Source of the DNA: Octopus sinensis
Taxonomy: Eukaryota
Length of the DNA: 64,000 nucleotides
Assembly (NCBI RefSeq): GCF_006345805.1
Contig: NC_042998.1
Span: 97,650,001-97,714,000 of the forward strand
Direction: 5' to 3'
Made by a program: the position numbers and the translations under genes
Shown here: in pieces, positions 36,051 through 48,542 of the stretch
Layout of the letters: each line of letters begins with the position of its first letter
How positions within the stretch are numbered: position 1 is the stretch's first letter
The notes under the pieces: generated by a model
What the model saw: only the letters and a program-made list of their open reading frames with translations
Databases searched by the model: none
Told to the model about the DNA's origin: nothing

Positions 36051-39049
36051 CCAAATTAGCGAGTGTAATGTCGTTGTTGGCCAAACATATTTAGTATTGC
36101 AATGTCCAATTCCAAGAAAAATGGTAGCGACAGAAATGTAAGGACTCGCTTACTGATTACGTTAGCACATTGCAAATATATTGTTACTAACAAATAATTC
36201 GCCAAATTATATGGTTTGGTCGCTTTGAGATTATGCTGTTAATGTTTACTCGATTCTGACATTGGGCCTATAGCGCGGATGGGCGCATCGGGTCCACTCT
36301 TCTTAAGTAGTACCAAAAAGTCCCCGTGAAGGAAAGCTTTGAGTATTACAGTGAACTCGCTTTTAAAATTTACTCAGCGAAATCATTGTTAAACCTTAGG
36401 AAATGTAATATTTTCTTATTTATTACATTACAGAACTGGATATTATGTGTCTTCTACCTAAAATTTAGAACTATTCACCGATTCACAATTTTAACCGTAA
36501 ATTAAAAAAAAAAGCTTATTTTGTTTTATTTTAAAAAAGATTAAATATTCTGGAAGATGCGATTTACTTTCACTAAAAGAATTTAATTTTTTTTAAATGA
36601 GGGAGACTAACTTCCTGACTGCCGCGTTAATAAAAAGCACTCTTGACTAAAACGAAAATAAACACGCCTGATAAATAGCTGTCCACTTGTTTACTCAAGT
36701 TTTTGATAAAATTAGCAGTTTCATTATTAACCTATATTTCAAAATAAAATAAAATAAACAAATTCGTATGTCTACATGTGCAGTATTTCAAATATTCTAA
36801 GTTCAATTTAGTGTTGTCAATCGTCTCCCAAGTTGACCATCTCCAAGATTTTTACTCTGATTCACTTACTTCATTGGGAACATGTGTAATATAATTTGAT
36901 AGAAAAAAAAACAGTACGATTTTCTCCAAAATTTCAGTGGTCAAGGTTCGTAATTACCAAATTAAATTCTCAAAATTTAGAGGACTGGAAATAATTTTAA
37001 ATGATATTCTATATTTAGTTTTGTCAAGAAAAAAAAATGCAATACAAGTATTTACGATAAAGCGTCGAGAATCCAACACGACGGTCCGATACAAGAAGAC
37101 CCATGAAGAATGAAAAATACCCATCTCGTTAAAAGATCTTACCATTTTTTTTAATGGCGTTAAGATTAGTGAAGGGAGATTTGCCCGCTATTTCTAGCAA
37201 GTCGATTGATCAAGTTGAGATTCTCTCATCTCGTGTTGGGTCTTATTCTTTGATTTTCTTTTTAATCAAGCGTGCTTGTCTAACGGTATTTCAAGGTAAG
37301 TATGGAGTGTATTCGATAATGAACATTCTCGAGCAGACTATTGAAATAACTTGTTTTATATTACCAACAGAGATAAAGCACACAAAACAAATCTACATAT
37401 TTCTCCCTTACGCCTTTATATAAACTTTTGAACGAACACGAAATGATGCTTTTTTCGGAATAGATCTCGAAACACATCATATACAACTGTAAATATTGGG
37501 TTGAAAAGCCCTTTAAAAAAAGAAGTCTAAGTACCCTGTTATGTCAACAGGAATCGTGGGTTCGTGTCTCACGGACAGCCTTCGACTTATTCAAAAAGGA
37601 TTTTCATCTCGATGTTTACATGCTATAATTTATAGCTTTATATGATGTGCTTCGAGATGCATATGTTTATATATAGATAGATAACACAGACGTGTATTTA
37701 GCTGGGTGCGTTCAATTACGTCCCTTCATGCAAAATAAAAAGAAAAAGGGGAGGCTTCCATACAATAGACTGATATCGTAACTCAGTCGCACCCCCACCC
37801 CCAAAAGTCCCTTAAAAAATAAGACAGTAGCAGAACATCGAAAAAAATCTTTTTCTTCCACGGCTACCAAACTAAAAAGCCATTTAATTGTCTTTTTCTT
37901 TTTAACACGTGTTACTGGCCGATTAAATTTTACAATGATGGAATTATTTTTAATCACGTTCGTCGAAATTTTTTTTTTAAATATGCAATGAAATGTTACT
38001 ATACATTTAGATATTTCCTTTTTCTTTCCAAAATTCTTTTGTTTATTTTTATGCATTATCAATCATTACAACTCATCCACATTGGATTTTACATATTAAA
38101 TGGAACGTAGCAGATGAACGACAAATGCTTCAAAAATTAAATTTCACCTTATTATTTAATAACCAACCTGGAGATATTGGATCATCCGATGGAATCTCGA
38201 AAGATTGTCATTCATACTTTTAATAAACATAAAACGACAGATACTAAAAATAACTACTCATTTTTCTTTTATTTACTGATTCCAAGTGATGGATTACATT
38301 AAAGGGCCTATTTTTGTAGAGATATAGGAAATTTTTCACGCCATGCTGCTTTGTCTTTGAATCGTACGGATGTCGAAATAACAGTTTCTAGAAAAAAATG
38401 AATATCCATGTTATGCCAGAAAAAAGTTGGCCTAAGTAAAATAATACCACGATTCAGTGCACGCTTTGCGTAGGACAAAAGATGAATGGTATGTAACTTA
38501 CATAAGGTACAGTGCTTGCTTACTGTTTTGTGTCATGGTAATTAACTGTTGAAGTCATCAAGCGCAACATACTGATAATATTAACGCAAAAAAAAATGTA
38601 ATTAAAATGAATAAAAGGTTTGGACGAGTACGAGTAACTATTTGGTAATTAATGAAATTAGCGTGTAGTAAAATAAAGCAAAATAGCTGAAGATAAAGAA
38701 TCAATGAAAAATACACAATGCAAAGAAAGAAAACAAATTAATATTGGACACACCTGTGCGAGAGGTCGACGAAGTTTGGTCCATTGCAAATACAACACTG
38801 CGCCAAAAATAACTTCAAATTAGAGGCCTGATAGCTCAGAAGTGAGAAGTAGTGACCATAAATGAATTAGAATAACAGAATTTGTTGTATCTGGCGTTCA
38901 CTATGGTAGTCAGCTATATATATATACACATACACACATATATGTGTGTGTGTATATATATGTATGTATGCGCAGAGGAGAGGAAGAAACCTCAGCAACT
39001 AACATATGAACGTATATACGCTGGCTGCTAACCCGCGATATTGTCCGAC

Positions 39050-39057
39050 TGACGTCA
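39050..39057. promoter_or_regulatory. Perfect CRE palindrome TGACGTCA in a CpG-rich block
   Basis: Motif seen directly; function not demonstrated. Confidence 0.3.
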
Positions 39058-40429
39058 CCAGCTCATTATCATATCATGCCTTCTCCCCCTACTATCTCCT
39101 TAGTTTATTAATCGATTCATTTATGTCATGTATTTGGCTTTCGCTACTACATTCGCTGGCAATAATTACTATTTAACTATCTTTCCATCTTTATTATTGT
39201 TATCTAACATTTAATGTAAATAAATAATCGAAATATCGTTTTTTTTTTCTTGTTCTGTTTTTATATTATCGAGTTTTGAGGGTTTTTTTTTCTTTAACTG
39301 GGCATCCTTAGTATGTTTTCGCGCTTACACATGGCTAGAAAACTTGAGTGTTGTCGAACCAACGAGAAAGAGCCAACATGTGACCGTTCATAGTGCTAGT
39401 AATAGTAGCAAAATATACCTCGAATAGAATAAAAGGAAAAGGTAATTTATTATTTGGGTAATGTAATGCTAGCCACACTATGCATGGAATCAAGGCGAGT
39501 TGGTCATTGCTAGAATACCTTTAGTCATATGGGTTACTTAATATAGACTGACCTAGGGCTTTATAACTTAAGCGATGTCCATTGTCTTCAGAATATTTGT
39601 TAAATGCTTACTGAATTAATAGGCGTTATTTCACTAAACAACGAACTTTGAAATTTTCAAATAAATTTTTTTTTTAATGTGAATAAATTAATTTTAAAAC
39701 AAACAAAATAACAGTAGAACAAATATATGGCCCCATTTTCAAGTGCCTCCGAGACCGGCAGGAGAATTGAAGGGGTTATTTCCAGGCCAAACATCTGGTT
39801 TAAATGCTGATAACTGATTTTACTCTGTCAAAAACATCCCATGATCAGACTGGTGTTAAACTGGGCGGCAGCTTAGGACTACTGCCCAAGAATAGTTACA
39901 GTCCATCCGAAGGGCTTCTGCACAGATTCCGTCAACCGAATTTCATTCACAATAGAAGCTATAGCTGATTTGCGCGCAGTGAGATCGAACCAGGAACCAC
40001 GTGATTGTAAAGTAAACTTATTAAATATCTTACCAACTGCATGAACTCGATTTATGCAATCTTCACGAATGTTACAAGTGCAAAAACGAAAGCAATGTAA
40101 CAAAAGTTTACTACTGTTTTTACATGACTCCACACATATTACTACTATATGTAACATTTTATTTTATTAGTACCTTGTCGGAATTTTCCACGTGTACTAT
40201 TTTATTCTGCGTGTTTACAGCATTTTAATGTTTTCTATATTTTCCATATGTGTACCATACATACATATTTTTTACAGGTCTATAAATATCTTGTTATTGC
40301 TAGGGTATTACTCATTAACTAGGGAAAAAGGAAAGACACAGGGAATTACACCAGCTGTTAGGGCACCTCTCCCGCCACTATTATTTTAGAAATAATTGCC
40401 TTGCTAAACCCATTTTCACTATGATCACA

Positions 40430-40772
40430 AAGGCATGGCTGTGTGGTTAGAAAGTTGCTTCCCAGCCACATGGTTGCGAGTTCAGTCCTACTGCGTTGTT
40501 CTCGATCAAAGCCCTGCGAGTAGGTTTTGTAGACAGAAACTGAAACGTTATGTGGATGGGGAGGGAGTCCTACCACCGCTTGACAACCAGTGTTGTTTTG
40601 TTTACGTTCCCATAACTAACGGTTCAGCAAAAAAAAAAACTAAAATGAATAGTAGGCTTTGTAAAAAACAAAGTACTGGATTTAATTTGTTCGACTAAAC
40701 CCATCAAGGAGGTGCCCCAGCAAGGCCACAATCTGATGACTGAAACAAGTAAAAAATAAAAGAATAAATAAA
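40430..40772 (+). mobile_element. Diverged OR-type SINE
   Basis: Head, core and tail ggaggtgccccagcaaggccacaatctgatgactgaaacaagtaaaa. Confidence 0.8.
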
Positions 40773-41069
40773 CCCTCTGAATAGGACTATGCACGGCTGT
40801 TTGTGGTTAAAAAACTTGCTTTACAGCCATGTGGTTCAGGGTACACAACCAAGCGTGGCAACGCTGGTAAGTCTTTAGCTTCAAGTTTAAGGATACAATG
40901 TCAGTGAAATTTATAGGATATTTTATAGGAATCTGTCATACTTGATTTCTTTATTAGGCAGAAAAGCCCAAACACAGAGGGGAAGACAGACAGCGACAAC
41001 ACAACATGGGGACATAAATTACAAAGTGATGAATAAAATGAAAAAAATAATAGAATCTGTCATAGTTAA

Positions 41070-41425
41070 AAGTGCAGATGTGGCTGTGAGGTTAAGAAGG
41101 TTGTTTTGTAACCACGTGGTTTCAGGTTCAATTTCACTGCACAACATCTTGGATATGTTGTCTACTATAATCCCAGGCTGGGCAATGCCTTGAGAGAAAC
41201 TGTTATGTGTGTGTGTGTGTTTCTATTTGTCACACCACCGTTGCTTGACAACCAGTATTGATTGGGCTATGCTCCTGTAACTAAGAGGTTCAGCAAAAGA
41301 GACAACAGACTAAGTACAAGACTTTAAAAAACATAAGTACTGAGACAATTTGTTTGACTAAGCCACCCAAAGCAGTGTCCCAGCATGGCCACACTTCAAT
41401 AACTGAAACAAATAACAGATAAAAG
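41070..41425 (+). mobile_element. Diverged OR-type SINE
   Basis: Head gtggctgtgaggttaag..ggttcaatttcactgc; tail cccagcatggccacacttcaataactgaaac. Confidence 0.75.
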
Positions 41426-41449
41426 CTCATGCACAAATGTGCATCGATG

Positions 41450-41700
41450 GTTAGATGTTCTACCACAGTAATATTATCTACTCCTCAGAGTTGGCTGGGC
41501 TCATCCCACCTTTGCTTAGGAATTCCCAAACCACTTGTGTCTCTTCCTCTTATTTCCATTGTCTAATTGCTATGTTTTGTCCTTCCTTTCCAGAACATCA
41601 GCCTTCTGGAATTCCCTCCTTGCTTGTATCTTTCTTGTAGGTCTTGATTTATAATACTTTTAAGAGAAATATTGCCAGCATTACTCTCACCAATCTAGGA
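41450..41700 (+). mobile_element. CR1-group LINE ORF2 C-terminal remnant
   Basis: FYH..YSSELAGLIPP, then ttccagaacatcagccttctggaattccctcc (FPRT.ALWNSLP-like) and gatttataatactttaagagaaat (DL..FKRN-like). Confidence 0.6.
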
Positions 41701-41791
41701 AGTGCATACAAAGGCTATGGGTGTTGCCACTTTCTCCAGACCCTAACAAGTGAAAGAAAAAAGACTACATTATTCAATATATTATCCTATT

Positions 41792-41835
41792 CTCTCTCTC
41801 TCTTTCTCTCTCTCTCTCTTTCTCTCTCTCTTCTT

Positions 41836-41869
<34 letters not shown>

Positions 41870-41880
41870 CTCTCTCTTTT
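41792..41880. repeat. (CT)n microsatellite, interrupted
   Basis: Seen directly. Confidence 0.95.
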
Positions 41881-42420
41881 ATTAAGACTTAGTTGCTATT
41901 TCTAGTTGGTCAAACAACCACAAAACACCTCCTTTGTTGAACAGTGATCCTAAAGTAGAATTCATAGATGCACAAAAATATTCATTTCCACATAGTTTTT
42001 AAGCAGACTACATTGGAAAGGGAACAGTGGTATCATTTTAGAAAGAGGCGTTAATGTTAGCATTGAATATTAAAATGAAATTAATATGGCGCATAGAAGC
42101 TATAACTATCACACAAAAACATGAACAGGAAATAAATGTTTTGTAATGCAAATTATCATGATATGTTTATTATTTATTTTAGAATACCAGGCAGCAAGCT
42201 GGTAACCAACCACTCAACAGAGATAAGACAAATTAATTGTAAACAGATATTTGAATAGAGAGAAATGTTCCCCTGATACAGACACATACATACATCCTAC
42301 ACACATGCATGCAAGCATAGATTAGCAGTCAGTGAAATTAGGCTGAAGAATAGGGATCAAATTTAAGAGTTGCCTCTGCTCAGTGGTCAAAGGAAAAGGT
42401 TACCTATCAGGTCACCAATA

Positions 42421-42648
42421 CAGTCGTAGCCAAAAGTTTGGAACATAGGCCTGAAAATTGAAATTTTTATATTAAATAGCCAAAGTTATATTTAATTTGC
42501 AATATATTACTTGGTCAGAAGTTTGGAATATAGGTCTGAAGATTAGAATTTTTATATTAAATGCCCAAAGTTATATTTGAATCAAATTGTACTTGGTCAT
42601 AACAATTATGATTTTTTTTTTAATGTTCCAAACTTGTGGCTACAACTG
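42421..42648. mobile_element. Tc1/mariner-type MITE (228 bp) with internal ~95-bp tandem duplication
   Basis: TA|cagtcgtagccaaaagtttggaaca ... tgttccaaacttgtggctacaactg|TA. Confidence 0.9.
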
Positions 42649-42894
42649 TACATTGGGCACTCTGTCCATCAAGAATGCTCTCTCTTCTGTATGAGAAAAG
42701 TTTGGATGGACTGTCAGATACTATAGAGGATGTCACCATGATAGTCTCAGAAAGCAAGTTAAATTTGCTTTTTGCCCTGAAGTTAAAAAAATAAGTACCA
42801 GTCTAATTCTGGAGTTTGTAGGATCACTTGTACTCTCTTTCCCAATGTATTACATCTATTTTGGAAATCAAAAAATCAAATGGAAATTGTAGTT

Positions 42895-43302
42895 GTGATA
42901 CCTGTGCCAGTGACACATAAAAAGCACCATCCGTACATGGCTGATGCCAGCGCCACCTTGACTGGCTTCCGTGCTGGTGGCACATAAAAAGCACCAACTG
43001 ATCGTGGCTATTGCCAGCCTCCCCTGGCACATAAAAAGCACTATCCGTACATGGTCAATGCCAGCGCCACCTTGACTGGCTTCCATGCCAGTGGCACATA
43101 AAAAGCACCCACCGATTGTGGCCATTGGCAGCCTCCCCTGGCACGTAAAAAGCACGCACTACACTCACGGAGTGGTTGGCGTTAGGAAGGGCATCCAGCT
43201 GTAGAAACACTGCCAGATCAGACTGGAGCCTGGTGCAGCCTCCTGGCTTCCAAGATCCCAGTCGAACCGTCCAACCCATGCTAGCATGGAAAACGGACGT
43301 TA
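42895..43302 (+). mobile_element. RTE-tail element with tandem ggcac(a/g)taaaaagcac array; (GAT)n tail displaced to 43838-43860
   Basis: ttggcgttaggaagggcatccagctg..gctagcatggaaaacggacgtta; interrupted by a LINE. Confidence 0.85.
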
Positions 43303-43832
43303 GTTAGTTAGTTAGTTAATTTGGCTCAAAAGCAAATAGCAAGGCCATGTAGGGGGACATGGAGTTAAGTACAGGGTGGTGTTCATGTAAAGAGTTCAGG
43401 TCACTTGAGGTCAAGGGAGGCTTTGAACAAAGCGGTCGTCGGCATCTTCACCATCTCGTCTGGCAGCTTGTTCCACGGATCCGCAACCCAGACGGAGAAA
43501 GCTCCTCTCCTTCGATTGAGATGAAATCGTCGCAGGTAGAGCTTTTCGGAATGACCCCGCAGCCGATGCTCTGGAGCAGGAGTGAAGAACAGCTCTTTCA
43601 AGAAGTTACACTTTCCGCTTATGATGTTGTGAGCGAGAATGAGATCACCAAGGCGGCGGCGTTTTTCAAGAGAATAAAGGTCGAGCGTCCTCAGCCTTTC
43701 TTCGTAGGACAAATTTTTGAGACCATGAACCATGCGGGTAGCCAGCTTCTGGACTCTTTCGAGATGCTGTATGTCTTTGAGGAGATAAGGAGAAGAGGCT
43801 TGAATCCCATACTCCAATATGGGTCTCACCAG
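43303..43832 (-). mobile_element. 5'-truncated CR1-group LINE with (TAAC)n tail, nested in the RTE-tail element
   Basis: LVRPILEYGIQASSPY...LERVQKLATRMV..LSYEERL...WNKLPDEMV..FKASLD; cgtta at both junctions (43298-43302, 43833-43837). Confidence 0.93.
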
Positions 43833-46640
43833 CGTTAGACGATGATGATGATGATGAATGAATGTATATTTTATATAATAGTGCTGTTTCTGGTAAGTCA
43901 ATCATATTGTTTCAATCCTTTCATTATTATGTTGAAATTCACCAGCTTTGCTTCAATCAGTTTGGAAAATAATGATGAATTTAGTGAAATAAATTTGTCC
44001 TTATTAAAGCTAGTATTTAGAATATAATTTAACATAAAATCTTGATGGTTACCAACCATTCAAGCAGAGATTAAAAGACAAATCAATTGTGGACATACAT
44101 TTGCCAAGACAGGAATGGTCTTTTGACACACCCACATACACAGGTATAGATTAGTGGTCAGTAAGTTATGGGTAAAAATTAGGGATTAAATTTTAAAATA
44201 GAGTTCAGAAAGTAACTGGAATAAAAGAAATAAAATAGAATATCAGCCAGAAAATAAGATATTAAGTTTGAAGTATAAATTGGCCATTGAACATCATGAC
44301 TGAGACTTAAGGCACTTCTCTTTACCATTGCCTTTGAGGTAATATTTCAGAAGTTGAGAAATGAATATGTTTGGAAACCCTTAATAATCTATTTTTTATT
44401 GAAGAATAAGACTAAGAGTGGCTGAAACAACACTCAAAACTGGTAGAATAGCCTTAACTCAAAATGCCTAAAGACAAAGACCCAAGTATTAGTTAATTGT
44501 CAAGTTTTTCAGCTCTCAACACCTGAAGGAGTTGTTGGGGTACTTTGTGACATATGGCATGTCTACAGCATTTTAAGCTTGATGGAGTCAATCCCCTTCC
44601 AGATTTGTCTGTAAGCAATTTCTTCCAGAGAGAAAGAGAAAGAAAGTGAGAAAGAGAGAGAGAAAAACAATCTATCTCATTACTGTTGCTCAAAGAATTT
44701 CTTATGAGAAAAGAAGATCATTAATTTTAATGAGTTGTTTGTTGAGAGCGGGAAAGGTAAATTTAACAAGAGTAGTAAAATATTTCAGTGATATAAGCAG
44801 TGATAAATGAAATTGCAATGTTATTATCACTCCAAATATGTTTGATGCACATCCAAACTGGGGAACAAGCTATTCACTGTGTGGGAAATATATCTCACTT
44901 GTTGACAAATGGTGTGTATATACCTAGATCAGCTTGCAGTGCTATCTACCTAGACTGTGAGATGTTAACATTTCTGAGTAGTTGTCTCTTCATTGGTCAC
45001 AGACACTAAGCAGGGCACTACGAGCTGAATTAAGAGATTACCTCTCTTATGATTTTCCAGTCATTGTACAATGACTGGCAATGCTATATGGTGGCTCACC
45101 ATAAGTAAATTATGGAGGGGTAGCGCTAAGCAATAATACCTGAAATTGCGATGTTATAATCAGTCCAAATATGTTTGATGCATGTTCGAACTGGGGAACA
45201 AGCTACTCACTGTGTTTTGTATGTATATGTATACATACAAAACACCAAAAGGCTTCAAAACGGTGCATCCTAGAGAAGGGTTTTATGAGTTTGTAATCAC
45301 AAAGTATAATTTAGCTATCTGTTTATCTGTCCTTTTATATTTTCCCCCTCTCTATGCATATTCACCACACTCTCTCACTCTCACTGTTTATGTATATTTC
45401 TCATACATGCTGCTTCCCACTTTCTCTCTCTCTCTCTCTCTCTCAATATAACATGGTAATGCAAGTCAGTCATGCAACTGTCTATCTATCTCTTTCTGTC
45501 TTTTATGCTATTCTCATTGTAAACTTTACTCCTCTCTCTGTATATTTACCACACTCTTTCTCACTCTTCCTCTGCATATGTATATCTCTTACACTGAATG
45601 TGTATGTTTGTGTGTGTGTGTGTGTGCGCGTGAGTAAAGAATTTCATTAGAGTGATAGTGTCTAAAGACCCTCACACAGTGTCAGCAGCAAGCTCAGGAG
45701 ACACTCAAACAGAGAAGGAATAGACTTGATATGTGAACATGAGCCTTTAATACACAGTTCCAGGAGACAACCAATCATAGGATGTATTGATTAAGAGACT
45801 CCATCACACAGACTCAGGAGATGGTGTCCCATTTCAATTTAAACAACTTTAATTTCTAGTGAGTCTTAGTTTTACCATGACCATCAACAAATCACACAAG
45901 CACATTTTCAGTTGACAGTTTACACCGTGAAGAGCCCTGCTTCACCTATGGTTAGCTTTACACTGAATGTTCAAGAGTAAGCAGTATGAAAAATCTTTTC
46001 CAGCTAAATGGGAGTAGTTAGTAGTAAAGAAACCAGTTAAGTAGATATAGTTAGCAGTGAGAGTGCCAGCTGCATGGGAGTATTTAGCAGTAAAGTACCA
46101 ACTTTATTGAAGTAGTTAACAGTAAGAGTACCAGTAGTACTAGAGGAGTTAGCAATAAAAATATCAAAAAAGAAATCAACCAACTCATATGCACATTATA
46201 AATATACTCTGTAAGCAGAACAGAAAAAACATGCAACACTCTTCTTAAGTTCAACATGTCACATTGTTTTGTTATCAATATTCTAATCATGGAGTTTTGT
46301 ATCTTTGTCAGAAGCTAGTTCCTGCCTTGCAGGTAGAAGTCAATTGATTAAACATTAGCAAGCTTGCTTGCTATACTATAATGGGAAAACATTTGTAGAA
46401 ATGATTTTCTTTCTTGCTGATTTGAAAATGGCAAATGAAGGGACATCCAGAAAAACACATCAGAGTGAAATGTCTCCTTCCAGTAAGTAAATAATATCCC
46501 AGTGCTATGGTATGTATTGAGTAGTTACTTTATTTCATACATTTGAAACAATCCAATCCATAAAAATAAATAATAAATAAATATGATGGATGATGTAATA
46601 GAAGCAATATAAACCAGATCAGCCAATAAAATAAATAATG

Positions 46641-48320
46641 CATCATCATCATCGTTGAATGTCTGCTTTCCATGTTAGCATGGGTGAACGGTTTCACAAG
46701 AGCTGGCCAGGCAGAAGCTTCAACAGACTTCTGTGACTTTTAGCAGGATTTTTACCGCCGGATGGCCTTCCTAACACCAACCATTCAGCAGAGAGGACTT
46801 ACTGCTTTTTACATGGCACAAGCACAAGCAAGGTCAGTTTTGGCAAGGTTTTTTCACAGCTGAATGCCCTTCCAAAGACCAACCACTTTACAGTGTGGAC
46901 TGTGTGCTTTTAAGTAGCGCCTGCACTGACAGAGTCACCAAGCACTTGCAAAACAAAAATAAAAAAAATTTTAGTGGGGGAGGAGGTGATCTTGTGTTGG
47001 ATAATGAAAGGTAATAGTGAGACAGATACAGGTGTCTTGAGGTGAGCTGGCAGAAACGTTAGCATGCCAGGCAAAATGCTTAGAAGTATTTCGTCTGCCA
47101 TTACGCTCTTAGTTCAAATTCCGCCTTTCAACTTTGCCTTTCATCCTTTCGGGGTTGATAAATTAAGTACCAGTTACGCACTGGGGTCGATCTAATCAGC
47201 TTAACCCCTTTGTTTGTCCTCTCTATGTTTAGCCCCTTGTGGGCAGTAAAGAAATAAGATACAAGTGTCTTGTAGAGGAAATACAAGGTTACCCAGCCAA
47301 AGAGAGAGAGACCAGGAATGAAGACAGAAACAAGTGCTCTACCACAAAGGAAATATACGGTTACTCAACCTAAGAGAAGTGCAGGAGAAGGAGAGAGAGA
47401 TTGGGAGACAGCAGGATAGAGATGGTGGAAAAATGCCGGGTATACAAGGAACGGAGATCAGAATATAAATGGGATGGTTGAATAAAGGAAAAGAGAGATA
47501 TAGATGGTGGCAAGTGCCTTGAGGGTATAAGTGGCAAGATATTGTGAAGGAAATGCGATTAAAGAGAGTAAGTGGTGAAAAACCTGGGTATATATAGAGT
47601 TGGTGGGCTACCGGATAGCAATGGTACAGAAGAACAGGGCCATGAGGACAGGATTGCGGAGTGAGAGCTAGGCATAGTGTATGAAGGAGGAAATGTGAGA
47701 AAGAGAAGAGATATGGAAATGTAGATTGGTTTGTTGGGGTATGATGAGGGGAAAAGTTTTCTTGTTACATGCGGGTGGAACACATAGGTCAAGGGCAAAC
47801 AGAGAGTAATGATACAGTGGCATAGGGCCAAGTGGACAGGATTGAGGAGTGGAAGGTAAGCATAGTGCATGAAGCAGAAATGTGAGGAAGAGAAGAGATG
47901 TAGAGACATATTTTGGTTTGTTGTGGTAGGGTGTGTGAGTGAGTGGGACACACAGCACTTCTAGGGCTCAGTTTCGCTGACATGGGCAGATCTTCTCAAG
48001 AATTTCATATTGCCAGACATCTTGGTCCATTGTCACTTCCTCTGTGCGGCTCAACTTCCTGAGATCAGTCCTTACCACTTCATCTCACATCTTCTTAGGT
48101 CTCCCTCTTTTGCAGGTACCATCCACTTTCAGTGACAGGCACCTCTTTATGCAGCTGTCCTCATTCATATGCATCACATGTCCAAACCAATGTAGTCTTC
48201 TCTCTTACATGCTGCATTTGATTCCTCTTATGTCCAACTTTTCTCTCAATACATTTGAAATTTGCCATGCATGTGCACTGATGTTGCACATCCACTGGAG
48301 CATACTACCTTCATTTCTGC
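46641..48320 (-). mobile_element. 5'-truncated RTE LINE: ORF2 C-terminus, long 3'UTR, (GAT)n tail
   Basis: Antisense of 48044-48300 reads like W.GHVMHM.ED..IK.CLSLKVDGTCKRGRP; 3'UTR matches the copy at 62.8-63.8 kb; tail catcatcatcatcg at 46641. Confidence 0.88.
47040..47256 (+). mobile_element. gagctggcagaa-type SINE inserted in the RTE 3'UTR with a 16-bp TSD
   Basis: agataca(g/a)gtgtcttg at 47024-47039 and 47257-47272. Confidence 0.9.
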
Positions 48321-48409
48321 AGAGTGGCACAATTGAAGTGTAGGGGCCTATAACCTAGCAATCCATAGATTAAAACTACACTCTGTGAAGAAATGGATAT
48401 TATTTTTGA

Positions 48410-48542
48410 TACTCTTTTACTTGTTTCAGTCATTTGACTGCGGCCATGCTGGAGCACCGCCTTTTAGTCGAGCAAATCGACCCCGGGACTTATTCTTTGT
48501 AAGCCCAGTACTTATTCTATCGGTATCTTTTGCCGAACCGCT
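48410..48542 (-). mobile_element. 5'-truncated young OR-type SINE (tail portion)
   Basis: Near-consensus tail with CpGs intact; ends abruptly at gccgaaccgct. Confidence 0.9.

Noticed and set aside
42895-43160. CRISPR-like array of short repeats with spacers
   Set aside because: Eukaryotic context, no cas genes, the spacers are themselves duplicated, and the unit belongs to the RTE 3'UTR.
43359-43838. 159-aa plus-strand ORF
   Set aside because: Antisense shadow of the CR1-group LINE ORF2.
28343-45214. Two unrelated direct-repeat pairs with almost the same spacing (334 and 333 bp)
   Set aside because: Sequences are unrelated; with two cases, coincidence is the simplest explanation.
48044-48343. 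99-aa ORF (and the similar 62389-62715 ORF)
   Set aside because: Antisense shadows of RTE ORF2 C-termini.
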